This document shows positions 34,128 through 44,948 of a stretch of DNA of 64,000 nucleotides, piece by piece. The notes below the pieces were generated by a model. The model saw only the letters and a list, made by a program, of their open reading frames with translations. It was not told where the DNA came from and made no database searches. The DNA is from Escherichia phage HMD-P3. The stretch is taken from sequence record PQ462667.1; one strand, written 5' to 3'. The translations under genes and the position numbers were made by a program. Positions within the stretch are counted from its first letter, which is position 1. Each line of letters opens with the position of its first letter.

Positions 34128-35014
34128 GTAGAATAACAGAACTACTTGATCTGAAAGGCATTGAATATAAAGACACAGGTGGGGACATCCTCATCTGTTG
34201 TCTCAATCCAGATCATGACGATAAACACCCAAGTTTGCGTATTGATCCTGAAACAGGTATTATGCACTGCTTGAGTTGTGGCTTCGGTAAAGGTATACCG
34301 AGCATTTACCATTATTTTAATGAGACTCAGTACCGACAGTCCCCAAGGCTATCGCAAGTACGCAAAAAGATTTCAGAGATTAGGAATGGATCAACGAATC
34401 TTGCAATTCCTGAATCTGCTTACCTTTTCGAAGGTGATTTCCGAGGTATAAGTTCTAAGACCTTGAAGAAATATTTTGCTTTCCAACACCAAGCAGACTG
34501 GGAAGGCAGAATTGTATTCCCAATCACAGATGCTGTTGGACGCAATATCCTATTTTTGGGTCGTTCTATAAACAGTTCTGCCCCTCCTAAATACTTAGTA
34601 AAACCAAAACAAGTTTCACCACCGATTTTCCCTGTACGATATAATACTCCAGTTCTTATTCTAGTTGAAGGTATCTTTGATATGCTGAACCTAGAGGATA
34701 ATGGTATAGACTATGCTTCTTGCTGCTTTGGTACACATCAGTTTACTTCGGATAACATTGCAGATAAGTTCAGTCCTTATATTATTGCGGGTGTAAAAGT
34801 TGTTGTTATCTTACTAGATAATGATGCTTCTGGTAATAAGGCTGCACAAGCATTGGCCAAATTAATTCGTACAAAAACGCGTTTAACACCTGTAGTGGCT
34901 AACTTTCTTCTGCCTGAGGGTAAAGATCCTGGTGAGTTAAACAAAGATGAAATTGATATGTTAGCAAAACGTATTGAAATTTTAGTTGCTGAATCGCTTA
35001 AAGATTTGGTATAA
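34124..35014 (+). CDS. DnaG-type DNA primase
   Basis: N-terminal zinc-binding CCLNPDHDDKHPSLRIDPETGIMHCLSCG; Toprim VLILVEG...VVILLDNDASGNKAA. Confidence 0.8.
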   Translation: MSRITELLDLKGIEYKDTGGDILICCLNPDHDDKHPSLRIDPETGIMHCLSCGFGKGIPSIYHYFNETQYRQSPRLSQVRKKISEIRNGSTNLAIPESAYLFEGDFRGISSKTLKKYFAFQHQADWEGRIVFPITDAVGRNILFLGRSINSSAPPKYLVKPKQVSPPIFPVRYNTPVLILVEGIFDMLNLEDNGIDYASCCFGTHQFTSDNIADKFSPYIIAGVKVVVILLDNDASGNKAAQALAKLIRTKTRLTPVVANFLLPEGKDPGELNKDEIDMLAKRIEILVAESLKDLV

Positions 35015-35076
35015 TATATTGGTAAGTTAGAGAAGAAACACTGAAGTTATACTTACTTACCAAGAGGAGATTAAAT

Positions 35077-37644
35077 TTGAAAATCGCAGTAGTTGATAAA
35101 GCTCTAAATAACACTCGTTACGATAAACATTTCCAGCTATACGGCGAGGAAGTTGATGTATTCCATATGTGTAACGAGAAGTTATCTGGTCGTTTGCTTA
35201 AAAAGCATATTACTATTGGAACACCAGAAAACCCATTCGATCCGAATGATTATGATTTTGTTATACTAGTAGGTGCTGAACCTTTCCTGTACTTTGCAGG
35301 TAAGAAAGGTATTGGTGACTATACTGGTAAACGTGTAGAGTATAATGGATATGCTAACTGGATTGCGAGTATCAGCCCAGCCCAGTTACACTTTAAGCCC
35401 GAAATGAAACCAGTTTTTGATGCAACAGTAGATAATATCCACGATATTATCAATGGTCGTGAGAAGATTGCAAAAGCTGGTGATTACCGTCCTATTACTG
35501 ACCCTGACGAGGCGGAAGAATATATCAAGATGGTGTATAATATGGTTATCGGACCTGTCGCATTCGACTCCGAAACCTCAGCACTATACTGTCGAGATGG
35601 TTATCTGCTTGGTGTTTCTATGTCTCACCAAGAGTATCAGGGTGTATATATCGATTCTGATTGTCTCACAGAGGTTGCAGTATATTATCTCCAGAAAATT
35701 CTGGATAGTGAAAACCACACTATTGTTTTTCACAACCTGAAGTTTGATATGCACTTTTATAAGTACCATCTGGGACTTACTTTTGATAAAGCACATAAAG
35801 AACGCAGGCTCCATGATACTATGTTGCAGCATTATGTCCTAGATGAGCGTCGTGGTACTCATGGCTTGAAATCTCTAGCAATGAAGTATACCGATATGGG
35901 TGACTATGACTTTGAACTAGATAAGTTCAAGGAGGATTACTGCAAAGCACATAAAATCAAGAAAGAAGATTTCACCTATGATTTAATTCCGTTTGATATT
36001 ATGTGGCCTTACGCTGCAAAAGATACCGATGCCACCATACGTTTACACAACTTCTTCTTACCAAAAATTGAGAAGAACGAAAAGCTTTGCAGTCTGTATT
36101 ATGATGTTTTGATGCCTGGTTGTGTATTTCTCCAGCGTGTTGAGGATCGTGGTGTACCTATTTCTATTGATCGTTTAAAAGAAGCTCAGTACCAGTTAAC
36201 TCATAATCTGAATAAAGCTCGTGAAAAGCTGTATACTTATCCAGAAGTAGTTCAGCTAGAGAAAGATCAGAATGAAGCGTTTAACCCAAACTCTGTTAAA
36301 CAACTCCGTGTTCTTCTGTTTGACTATGTTGGCTTAACTCCAACAGGTAAATTGACGGATACTGGAGCAGACTCTACAGATGCAGAAGCTCTGAACGAAT
36401 TGTCTACGCAGCATCCAATTGCTAAGACTCTACTAGAGATTCGTAAGCTGACTAAGCTGATCTCTACTTACGTTGAAAAAATTCTTCTGAGTATTGATGC
36501 AGATGGTTGCATTCGTACTGGTTTCCACGAACATATGACTACTTCTGGTCGTCTGAGTTCTTCTGGTAAACTGAACCTGCAACAGTTACCTCGTGATGAA
36601 TCTATTATCAAGGGCTGTGTAGTAGCTCCTCCTGGGTATCGTGTAATTGCTTGGGACTTAACAACTGCGGAAGTTTATTATGCTGCTGTTCTATCTGGGG
36701 ATAGAAATATGCAACAAGTATTTATCAACATGAGAAATGAACCTGATAAATACCCTGACTTCCACTCTAACATCGCACACATGGTATTTAAGCTCCAATG
36801 CGAGCCTCGTGATGTTAAAAAGTTATTCCCAGCTCTGCGTCAAGCAGCTAAAGCAATCACCTTTGGTATTCTGTATGGTTCTGGCCCAGCTAAAGTAGCT
36901 CATTCTGTTAACGAAGCTCTTCTGGAACAGGCTGGTAAGACAGGCGAACCGTTTGTAGAGTGTACTGTTGCAGATGCTAAAGAGTACATTGAAACTTACT
37001 TCGGTCAGTTCCCACAGCTTAAGCGTTGGATTGATAAGTGTCACGACCAGATCAAGAACCATGGATTTATCTATAGTCACTTTGGTCGTAAACGTCGTCT
37101 GCATAATATCCACTCCGAAGACCGTGGTGTTCAGGGTGAAGAAATCCGTTCTGGATTTAACGCAATCATTCAGTCTGCTTCTTCTGATAGTCTCCTTTTA
37201 GGTGCTGTAGATGCAGATAATGAGATCATTTCTCTTGGCCTAGAACAAGAGATGAAGATTGTTATGCTGGTTCATGACTCCGTAGTTGCTATTGTTCGTG
37301 AAGACTTGATCGACCAATACAATGAAATCCTGATTCGTAATATCCAAAAAGACCGTGGTATCAGTATTCCTGGCTGTCCGATTGGTATTGATTCTGATTC
37401 TGAAGCTGGAGGTTCTCGTGACTACTCTTGTGGTAAGATGAAGAAGCAACATCCATCAATCGCTTGTATTGATGATGATGAATATACTCGTTATGTTAAG
37501 GGTGTATTACTTGACGCAGAGTTCGAGTATAAGAAACTAGCTGCAATGGATAAAGAGCATCCAGATCATAGCAAATACAAGGATGATAAGTTTATTGCTG
37601 TATGTAAAGATTTGGATAACGTGAAAAGGATTCTCGGTGCTTGA
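35077..37644 (+). CDS. DNA polymerase, family A, with 3'-5' exonuclease domain
   Basis: 855 aa, matching the T5 DNA polymerase length; exonuclease motif VAFDSETSALY; C-terminal polymerase region with RQAAKAITFGILYGSG (motif B-like) and VMLVHDSVV (motif C). Confidence 0.9.
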   Translation: MKIAVVDKALNNTRYDKHFQLYGEEVDVFHMCNEKLSGRLLKKHITIGTPENPFDPNDYDFVILVGAEPFLYFAGKKGIGDYTGKRVEYNGYANWIASISPAQLHFKPEMKPVFDATVDNIHDIINGREKIAKAGDYRPITDPDEAEEYIKMVYNMVIGPVAFDSETSALYCRDGYLLGVSMSHQEYQGVYIDSDCLTEVAVYYLQKILDSENHTIVFHNLKFDMHFYKYHLGLTFDKAHKERRLHDTMLQHYVLDERRGTHGLKSLAMKYTDMGDYDFELDKFKEDYCKAHKIKKEDFTYDLIPFDIMWPYAAKDTDATIRLHNFFLPKIEKNEKLCSLYYDVLMPGCVFLQRVEDRGVPISIDRLKEAQYQLTHNLNKAREKLYTYPEVVQLEKDQNEAFNPNSVKQLRVLLFDYVGLTPTGKLTDTGADSTDAEALNELSTQHPIAKTLLEIRKLTKLISTYVEKILLSIDADGCIRTGFHEHMTTSGRLSSSGKLNLQQLPRDESIIKGCVVAPPGYRVIAWDLTTAEVYYAAVLSGDRNMQQVFINMRNEPDKYPDFHSNIAHMVFKLQCEPRDVKKLFPALRQAAKAITFGILYGSGPAKVAHSVNEALLEQAGKTGEPFVECTVADAKEYIETYFGQFPQLKRWIDKCHDQIKNHGFIYSHFGRKRRLHNIHSEDRGVQGEEIRSGFNAIIQSASSDSLLLGAVDADNEIISLGLEQEMKIVMLVHDSVVAIVREDLIDQYNEILIRNIQKDRGISIPGCPIGIDSDSEAGGSRDYSCGKMKKQHPSIACIDDDEYTRYVKGVLLDAEFEYKKLAAMDKEHPDHSKYKDDKFIAVCKDLDNVKRILGA

Positions 37645-38134
37645 TTTCAAATTGCCCGTATATGCTTTACGGGCGTTTGTATCAATTGAGCAGGAAGGTG
37701 ATTATTCCGTAATTACAACAAGATATAATAAATATGTGCTAGATAACAGGAAGTTGCCTGGCACTTTTTCTCAACGTAGACTTATTCTATTTGAGAAACG
37801 GAAAGAATTACCGTACAAGCTCTACCCTATTAGAGGTAGAATATCAATGTTGTCTCAATTAGTTGGGTCAAAGCGTAGCCAATTTATAGATTCTGATGGA
37901 AATCTTATTAACTGGAAGAAAACTACGTTCTATGATGTTGTCACCTCTAAAGTTTTGCATTCAGCTAGAATTTATAACGGAAAATACCAATGCTATGTAG
38001 CTAAAGTTCCATATCCATTTGTATTATCCTATGTTCCAGCTTATATAAGCTATATTCTGGTAAATAATAGCCCTGTTATTTATCAAGTCCATCAAGAGGA
38101 GCCTGAAATTCCTAGACTTAGAATAAAATTATGA
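37637..38134 (+). CDS. hypothetical protein with atypical codon usage (165 aa)
   Basis: Sits between polymerase and helicase with ATGA-type overlaps at both ends; rich in AGA/AGG/ATA/CTA codons that are rare in flanking genes. Confidence 0.45.
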   Translation: MLDFKLPVYALRAFVSIEQEGDYSVITTRYNKYVLDNRKLPGTFSQRRLILFEKRKELPYKLYPIRGRISMLSQLVGSKRSQFIDSDGNLINWKKTTFYDVVTSKVLHSARIYNGKYQCYVAKVPYPFVLSYVPAYISYILVNNSPVIYQVHQEEPEIPRLRIKL

Positions 38135-39483
38135 AGGTTGTTATATCTAATAAAGCCTATTTCAAGCCCGATGATGAACTTTGGGATTATTGTAGTAAAC
38201 AAACCACTTATCACATAGAGACAATGACTAGTAAATACCCTATTATGTATAAGAATAGTGGTGTTGTTGCCAAAGAGATTAAGTGGATTCCTATTACGCG
38301 TCTGGATTTACTAGATGCTAAAGGAGTAAAATACGAATTAGTCGATAAACGTACATTAGCTCCTGTAGATATACCAAAACCTAAGTTCAAGCTGCGTGAA
38401 GAAGATCAGCTTCCAATATACGAAGAATGCGATGATACCTGTATTATTAATGGTAAGCCTGGATTTGGTAAAACTATCCTAGCCCTTGCACTTGCGTATA
38501 AATTTGGCCAGAAAACTTTGGTAATTTGTACCAACACATCTATTCGTGAAATGTGGGCTGCAGAAGTTCGTAAATGGTTTGGGTTTGAACCGGGTATCAT
38601 AGGTTCTGGGAAATACAATATTGATCCACCAATTGTGGTCAGTAATATTCAAACAGTGAATAAACATGCGAATAATCTGTCTAAAGTATTCGGTACTGTT
38701 ATAGTTGATGAAGTTCACCATTGTGTGGCCACAACTTTCACTAACTTCCTAGAAATATCATGTGCTCGCTATAAGATTGGACTATCTGGAACATTAAAAC
38801 GTAAAGATGGTCTACAAGTTATGTTCAAAGATTTCTTTGGATATAAGGTCTTTAGCCCACCGGTTAATAATACTGTTGCACCTACAATCCATAGGTACTC
38901 CGTGCCTGTTGAGTTATCAGGAAACCAAAACGTACCGTGGGCATTACGTGCTAATGATGTGTACAACCATCCTGAATATCGAGAGACTATTATAAATCTA
39001 GCACATTTATACGTGAACATGGGACATAAAGTACTCATTGTAAGTGACAGAACAGAGTTAATCCAAACAGTACTAGAAGCTCTTGCACAGCGTGGTGTTA
39101 CAACATATGAAATTATAGGGGCAACCCACTTAGATGACCGATTAAAAATTCAGGAAGATATAGCAAAAGGTGGACCTTGTGTACTTGCAGCAGCTCAAAG
39201 TATCTTCTCTGAGGGTATTTCTCTAAATGAGTTGTCTTGTTTAATAATGGGAAGTCTCATTAATAATGAATCTCTCATTGAACAGCTTGCAGGACGTGTT
39301 CAACGTATTGTCGATGGTAAACTCGACCCTATTGTTGTAGATTTAATTATGAAAGGCGGCACTGGACTAAGACAGGCTTCTGGACGTATGGCAGTATATC
39401 GTAATAACGGGTGGAAAACTATTACTATGACTCCGGAGAAAGCAGTTCAATTAGCTAAAATTGCATTTGGCAACAGCTCATAA
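38131..39483 (+). CDS. SF2 DEAD/DEAH-box helicase (T5 D10-like)
   Basis: Walker A GKPGFGKT, DEVH box VIVDEVHHC, helicase C-terminal domain; 450 aa. Confidence 0.8.
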   Translation: MKVVISNKAYFKPDDELWDYCSKQTTYHIETMTSKYPIMYKNSGVVAKEIKWIPITRLDLLDAKGVKYELVDKRTLAPVDIPKPKFKLREEDQLPIYEECDDTCIINGKPGFGKTILALALAYKFGQKTLVICTNTSIREMWAAEVRKWFGFEPGIIGSGKYNIDPPIVVSNIQTVNKHANNLSKVFGTVIVDEVHHCVATTFTNFLEISCARYKIGLSGTLKRKDGLQVMFKDFFGYKVFSPPVNNTVAPTIHRYSVPVELSGNQNVPWALRANDVYNHPEYRETIINLAHLYVNMGHKVLIVSDRTELIQTVLEALAQRGVTTYEIIGATHLDDRLKIQEDIAKGGPCVLAAAQSIFSEGISLNELSCLIMGSLINNESLIEQLAGRVQRIVDGKLDPIVVDLIMKGGTGLRQASGRMAVYRNNGWKTITMTPEKAVQLAKIAFGNSS

Positions 39484-39489
39484 ATGATG

Positions 39490-39625
39490 TATAATATATA
39501 CATAAATTTGAGAGAGAAAGTTTCGGATTGATAAGAAAGTCCGAAGCAGAAAAATAAAAATTTTAGTTGCTAAATTCTCTCGAAATCTAGTATAATATAT
39601 ACATAAATTCGAGGAGAAAACAAAA
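39490..39625 (+). promoter_or_regulatory. two tandem T5-type early promoters
   Basis: tataatatatacataaatttgagagag and tagtataatatatacataaattcgaggag about 100 bp apart, separated by a small hairpin. Confidence 0.5.
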
Positions 39626-39703
39626 ATTAAATTCTTCGATTATGAAAAGCTATACTTACTAGCTAGAGGAAATTCCGACCTAATTATTAAGCTATTCAAA
39701 AGA

Positions 39704-39988
39704 ATGCTTACAGAGCCTGATGCTCACCAATTATTGGTCGGTTCCTCATTCATTTTGAATGAATCAACAATAGTTGATAATCCAAATAAATTGTCTAATA
39801 GACAACTGGCAGAATATCTAGGAATTTTAAGTCTACGAAATTATGCCGAATACAAGTTTACAAACGATCCTAGTTTGGACATACAATATGTTCCAGTATG
39901 GATACCACGTTTAGTAATCGACACTAACCCACTAATCGCAATTAACAAATCGAAATTAATCTTTAAAGAGGAAATAAAATATGGCTAA
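39704..39988 (+). CDS. hypothetical protein (94 aa)
   Basis: ORF overlapping the next start. Confidence 0.4.
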   Translation: MLTEPDAHQLLVGSSFILNESTIVDNPNKLSNRQLAEYLGILSLRNYAEYKFTNDPSLDIQYVPVWIPRLVIDTNPLIAINKSKLIFKEEIKYG

Positions 39989-40754
39989 GTCTTGGGGCGA
40001 AACTACTGGCGGTTCTAACGATAAAATCGAATTCCTGAAGTTCAACAACGGTATCACTCGTGTTCGTATCGTTTCTGGTGTTCTTCCACGTTATGTCTAT
40101 TGGCTGACTAATAAAGATGGTAACGCAGCTCCTTTCGAATGTCTCCGTTTTAACCGTGACAAAGAGAGTTTTGTTCGTGGTAAAGCTGATCCGGTTCATG
40201 AGATGGGCTTCTTCGAGAAAGAGCTGGATAAAGATGGTAATCGTGTTCCGCTGAAACCGAAGAAAAACTATATAGCTTTTGTTATCGACCGTTCTGATAA
40301 CAAACTGAAAGTAATGGAAGTCAAGGCTACTATTCTGAAAGGCATCCAGTCTATCATGAAGCAGTTGAATCTGGCAACTCCGTTTGATATTGATATTTCT
40401 ATCGAGAAAAAAGGTAAAGGTTTCGATACTGAGTATGATGTACAGCAGATTGCTGCTATGCAGTTCCAGATTAAGCTGCAAGATCCTAACAGTGCGGAAT
40501 CTAAGCAATATGCTGCGGATGTAGATCTGATCGGTGAAGCTATGTGTGACGAAGATGGCGACATCATTAAGTTCGAAAAAGTTCCTTCTCTGGAACAAAC
40601 CTATCCGGTTCCTACCTATGAAGAGCAGAAAGAAGCAATTCAAGCCTTCATGGAGGGGCGTGAGAATAAAGATGATGATGCCAAATCTGGTAATAGCAAT
40701 GCAGGTTCCCAGAAAGGTATTGACTCAGAAGCTGCAAGCGATCTGGACGACTAA
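39981..40754 (+). CDS. putative ssDNA-binding protein
   Basis: Position in the replication module; Gly/Ser-rich linker and acidic C-terminal tail (SEAASDLDD) typical of phage SSBs; codon usage of a highly expressed gene. By analogy only. Confidence 0.5.
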   Translation: MAKSWGETTGGSNDKIEFLKFNNGITRVRIVSGVLPRYVYWLTNKDGNAAPFECLRFNRDKESFVRGKADPVHEMGFFEKELDKDGNRVPLKPKKNYIAFVIDRSDNKLKVMEVKATILKGIQSIMKQLNLATPFDIDISIEKKGKGFDTEYDVQQIAAMQFQIKLQDPNSAESKQYAADVDLIGEAMCDEDGDIIKFEKVPSLEQTYPVPTYEEQKEAIQAFMEGRENKDDDAKSGNSNAGSQKGIDSEAASDLDD

Positions 40755-40790
40755 TAAATAGAGGGGCTTCGGCCCCTTTCTTTTTAACCA

Positions 40791-41768
40791 ATGAGAATAT
40801 TATTTAGTGCTGATCATCATATCAAACTAGGACAAGATAAGGTTCCAAAGGAATGGCAGAAGCGTCGCTTCCTGATGCTAGGAGAACGGTTAAATGATAT
40901 ATTCCATAATCATAACTGTGATCTTCATATTGCTGGTGGTGATATACTTGATATTGCCGACCCGTCGTCAGAAGAAATAGAACTGCTTGAACAGTTCATG
41001 TCAAGACTTGACCATCCAGGCAAAATCTTTACTGGAAATCATGAAATGTTAACTAAAACCATTTCATGCCTATATCATTATGCAGGAGTTATTAATAAAG
41101 TAACGAGCGGGAAGTGGGAAGTAATTACCAAACCATATCGTTCCCCTGAATTTGATATTGTTCCGTATGATGAGATCCATAAGTCTAAGTGGAAACCATC
41201 TGAATCAAAACTATGTTTCACGCATGTTCGTGGTGAAATCCCTCCACATGTAAAACCAGAAATTGATCTAACTAAGTACAACTGTTATGATACTGTAATT
41301 GCTGGCGATTTACATTCTTATACTAATAGCCAGACTATCGGATCTACTAGACTCCTCTACCCAGGCTCTCCATTAACTACATCGTTCCATAGAGAACGCA
41401 CAAAAGGTACAAATGGTTGCTTTATCATTGATACCGATACATTAAAAGTAGAATGGATTGAACTTGGTGATTTGCCACAACTGATTCGTAAAACAATCGG
41501 AGCTGGTGAAGAGATGGAACCTAGCGATTATGATCGTGTAGTCTATGAAGTTACTGGTGACGTTGTTCAATTAAAGTCTATCAAAGACTCTGATTTATTA
41601 GATAAGAAGATTAACCATCGAGTTACTAAAGACGCTAAGTTAAATCTTGTTGATCTTGATATGTTAGGTGAACTTGAACTTTACTTCCGTGAAGTCGAGA
41701 AGCTATCTCAAGGCGACATTGATAGAATCTTGGCTAGAGCTGCGAAATATGTCAAAGATTACAATTAA
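40791..41768 (+). CDS. SbcD/Mre11-like nuclease (calcineurin-like phosphoesterase)
   Basis: N-terminal ILFSADHH and later GGDILD, GNHE phosphoesterase motifs; paired with the downstream SbcC-like ATPase. Confidence 0.75.
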   Translation: MRILFSADHHIKLGQDKVPKEWQKRRFLMLGERLNDIFHNHNCDLHIAGGDILDIADPSSEEIELLEQFMSRLDHPGKIFTGNHEMLTKTISCLYHYAGVINKVTSGKWEVITKPYRSPEFDIVPYDEIHKSKWKPSESKLCFTHVRGEIPPHVKPEIDLTKYNCYDTVIAGDLHSYTNSQTIGSTRLLYPGSPLTTSFHRERTKGTNGCFIIDTDTLKVEWIELGDLPQLIRKTIGAGEEMEPSDYDRVVYEVTGDVVQLKSIKDSDLLDKKINHRVTKDAKLNLVDLDMLGELELYFREVEKLSQGDIDRILARAAKYVKDYN

Positions 41769-43587
41769 GACACTAAAATTTAGTAACGTTATGTCTTACG
41801 GTAAGGACATCGTAATTCATTTCGATAAGAATCCAGTTACTCAACTAATTGGTGGCAATGGGCTAGGGAAATCCACTATTGCTACTGTTATTGAAGAACT
41901 ATTCTATAATAAGAACTCACGCGGTATTAAGAAGGATGCCCTGTTCTCTTGGTCTTCTCCGAAGAAAGAGTATGATATGCATGCTTACTTCTCAAAAGAT
42001 GAAGATGAGTATGAATTGCATAAAGTAGTTAAATCAACTGCTAAAGTAACTCTTATTAAGAATGGAGAAGATATTAGTGGCCACACGGCAACTCAAACAT
42101 ACAAGATGATTGAAGAGATTATGGGTGGTGACTTCCAAACATTCACCAAACTGATTTATCAATCAGTGGGTTCCAATCTAGACTTTCTAAAAGCAACAGA
42201 CGCAACACGTAAGGCTTTTCTTGTTAACTTGTTCAATCAAGAACAGTACAAAGAAATGTCAGAAACTATTAAGGCTGACCGTAAAGAAATAGCAAATACC
42301 TTAAATAATTTGCAGGGCCAAATGGCTGTAATTACGAAAATCCTTAATGGAAAGAATAACCTGGGAACTTTGCAAGAACCAGTCGAAGTGCCTGAGTTTG
42401 ATGAAGAGCCATTAGCACAAGAACTTACTGAATCGAAAATTAAGGCGGCATTAGCCAAGTCTCAAGAGGCTAATATTACTAAATTGCGTAATTTGGACAA
42501 AGCTGTACAAGTTGCCGAACAATCTTTCGAGCCTTTCAAAAATTTACCCGCGCCCACTGACCAAAATGAAGAGATCTCGAGTGTTACGCGTGACCTAACG
42601 ATTGTGACCTCACGTGCGGGCGAAGTCAAGAAACGTTATCAGAAGTTCAAGCAAGAAGCTTCAAATACTAAATGTCCTACTTGTGGTACTCATCTGGATA
42701 CAACTGCTGCTCAAAAAGCAATGGATATGGCCAGAATAGAATATGACCCACTGTTCAAAGAGAAGCAATCTCTTGAAGCTAAGCTAGAACAGTTGAAGAA
42801 AGAACAACTTGAGTACGTTGCGTATACTAGAGCAAAGGATGCTTTGGATAAAGCAGTAGCAGCTAGAGATGAGTTCAAAAACTCAATGAGTGATGCTTCT
42901 TTTGAAGAACTCAATGTGCAAATCCTACAGGTGCAAATCCGACAATTAGAACAGGAAATCGCTGATGGCCGTTCTAAAGTTGCAATTGCCAAAGAGCATA
43001 ATGCAAATGTCGAATTAGCCAATGCAAAATATAAAGCGAAACTAGAACAGATTGAGAAAGCTGAGGCAGAAATGTCTGAGATTACTTCCAAACTGGATGG
43101 AGTATCAGAAGCTGTTGCTGATCTCGATATTCTGATCGCCGCATTGAAAAATCTGGTAGGGTATAAACTAGAACATAGTGTGAAAGTATTTGAAGAACTA
43201 ATTAATAAATACCTTTCTATTATGACTGGTGGTAAGTTCGCACTTGGATTTGAACTTGATGAAACGAAATTACAAGTAGTAATCTTCAATGATGGAAACC
43301 GTACTAGTATGGAGAACTGCTCTACTGGTCAGCAAAGTCGAATTAATCTAGCAACTCTGTTAGCTATTCGGATGCTACTAACATCTATTAGTAAAGTTAA
43401 TATTAATCTTCTATTCCTTGATGAAGTAATTAGCTTTATTGATACGAAAGGACTTGACACTCTTGTTGAATTATTAAATGAGGAAGAAAGTCTAAATTCT
43501 ATCATTGTTTCTCATGGGCATACGCATCCATTGGCCCATAAGATTACTGTCAAAAAAGATGCAGAAGGATTTTCCTACTTAGAATAA
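41749..43587 (+). CDS. SbcC/Rad50-like recombination ATPase
   Basis: Walker A GGNGLGKST, long coiled coil with zinc-hook CPTCG, Walker B LLFLDEV; start set at the RBS-proximal ATG 41749 (track start 41668). Confidence 0.8.
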   Translation: MSKITIKTLKFSNVMSYGKDIVIHFDKNPVTQLIGGNGLGKSTIATVIEELFYNKNSRGIKKDALFSWSSPKKEYDMHAYFSKDEDEYELHKVVKSTAKVTLIKNGEDISGHTATQTYKMIEEIMGGDFQTFTKLIYQSVGSNLDFLKATDATRKAFLVNLFNQEQYKEMSETIKADRKEIANTLNNLQGQMAVITKILNGKNNLGTLQEPVEVPEFDEEPLAQELTESKIKAALAKSQEANITKLRNLDKAVQVAEQSFEPFKNLPAPTDQNEEISSVTRDLTIVTSRAGEVKKRYQKFKQEASNTKCPTCGTHLDTTAAQKAMDMARIEYDPLFKEKQSLEAKLEQLKKEQLEYVAYTRAKDALDKAVAARDEFKNSMSDASFEELNVQILQVQIRQLEQEIADGRSKVAIAKEHNANVELANAKYKAKLEQIEKAEAEMSEITSKLDGVSEAVADLDILIAALKNLVGYKLEHSVKVFEELINKYLSIMTGGKFALGFELDETKLQVVIFNDGNRTSMENCSTGQQSRINLATLLAIRMLLTSISKVNINLLFLDEVISFIDTKGLDTLVELLNEEESLNSIIVSHGHTHPLAHKITVKKDAEGFSYLE

Positions 43588-43590
43588 AAC

Positions 43591-44073
43591 ATGGCTGTAG
43601 ATAGTAGAGAGAAAGGTAAACGCGGTGAATATCAGGTAAGAGATATTCTACGTGAGCGTACAGGTCTTGAGTGGGAACGTGTTCCTGGCTCTGGTGCTTT
43701 TGGCCAGAGCCACGGACTGAAAGGTGACATCTACCTTCCACCACAAAGCGGACACATTAGTAAATACTGCTTCGAAGTTAAGTGGTATAAAGATGATAAT
43801 ATATCAAGTAATTTATTTAATGTTGGTGAATCCACTCTAGAGAAGTGGTGGCAGCAGTGCTCACGTGAAGGTGAGCAGATGAACTCCAAACCTGCATTAA
43901 TATTCAAAAAAGACAGAGGACAGTGGTTAATAGCTTTGGATAGCTCAGACCCGATGGTTGACAACTTAATGAGTCGTACCCATATGGTGTTAAATAAGAA
44001 AGACATGGAAATCGTAATTGGTTTATTTGAGCCGTGGCTACATCATGCATCTGTTGAGGACTTAATTAAATAA
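43591..44073 (+). CDS. putative PD-(D/E)xK-type nuclease / resolvase-like protein
   Basis: Motif arrangement E...GDIY...FEVKWYK compatible with a PD-(D/E)xK core; weak. Confidence 0.4.
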   Translation: MAVDSREKGKRGEYQVRDILRERTGLEWERVPGSGAFGQSHGLKGDIYLPPQSGHISKYCFEVKWYKDDNISSNLFNVGESTLEKWWQQCSREGEQMNSKPALIFKKDRGQWLIALDSSDPMVDNLMSRTHMVLNKKDMEIVIGLFEPWLHHASVEDLIK

Positions 44074-44948
44074 TGAGTAAATCCTGGGGAAAATTTATTG
44101 AAGAAGAGGAAGCTGAAATGGCTTCCCGTCGTAACCTAATGATTGTTGATGGAACTAACTTAGGCTTTCGCTTCAAGCATAATAACAGTAAAAAACCATT
44201 TGCCTCAAGTTATGTTTCCACTATTCAGTCTCTAGCAAAATCTTATTCCGCTAGAACTACAATAGTTTTAGGAGATAAAGGGAAGTCTGCATTCCGCTTA
44301 GAGCATCTCCCTGAGTATAAAGGGAATCGAGATGAGAAATACTCGCAGCGTACGGAAGAGGAGAAAGCGTTAGATGAGCAGTTCTTCGAGTATTTGAAAG
44401 ATGCTTTCGAACTATGTGAAACTACATTCCCAACATTCACTATTCGTGGTGTAGAAGCAGATGATATGGCGGCTTATATCGTTAAACTCATTGGACATCT
44501 TTATGATCATGTTTGGCTAATTTCTACCGATGGTGACTGGGATACTTTATTAACTGATAAAGTTTCTCGCTTCTCTTTCACAACACGTCGTGAATATCAT
44601 CTTCGTGATATGTATGAGCATCATAATGTTGACGATGTAGAGCAGTTTATCTCTCTGAAAGCAATTATGGGTGATTTAGGAGATAATATCCGAGGTGTTG
44701 AAGGTATTGGGGCAAAACGCGGATATAATATTATTCGTGAATTTGGTAATGTTCTGGATATTATTGATCAGCTTCCATTGCCTGGAAAACAGAAATATAT
44801 ACAGAATTTAAATGCTTCGGAAGAATTGCTTTATCGAAACCTAATTCTGGTTGATTTACCTACCTACTGTGTGGATGCTATTGCTGCTGTAGGTCAAGAT
44901 GTATTAGATAAGTTTACAAAAGATATTTTGGAGATTGCAGAACAATGA
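44073..44948 (+). CDS. flap endonuclease / 5'-3' exonuclease (T5 D15-like)
   Basis: N-terminal NLMIVDGTNLGFRF and downstream acidic clusters typical of the 5' nuclease family; 291 aa matches T5 D15. Confidence 0.9.
   Translation: MSKSWGKFIEEEEAEMASRRNLMIVDGTNLGFRFKHNNSKKPFASSYVSTIQSLAKSYSARTTIVLGDKGKSAFRLEHLPEYKGNRDEKYSQRTEEEKALDEQFFEYLKDAFELCETTFPTFTIRGVEADDMAAYIVKLIGHLYDHVWLISTDGDWDTLLTDKVSRFSFTTRREYHLRDMYEHHNVDDVEQFISLKAIMGDLGDNIRGVEGIGAKRGYNIIREFGNVLDIIDQLPLPGKQKYIQNLNASEELLYRNLILVDLPTYCVDAIAAVGQDVLDKFTKDILEIAEQ

Noticed and set aside
42711-43289. 192-aa minus-strand ORF inside the SbcC-like gene, and similar antisense ORFs inside the tape measure, helicase and polymerase genes
   Set aside because: Shadow ORFs in the antisense of long genes, with Ser/Cys/Leu-rich low-complexity translations and no expression signals.
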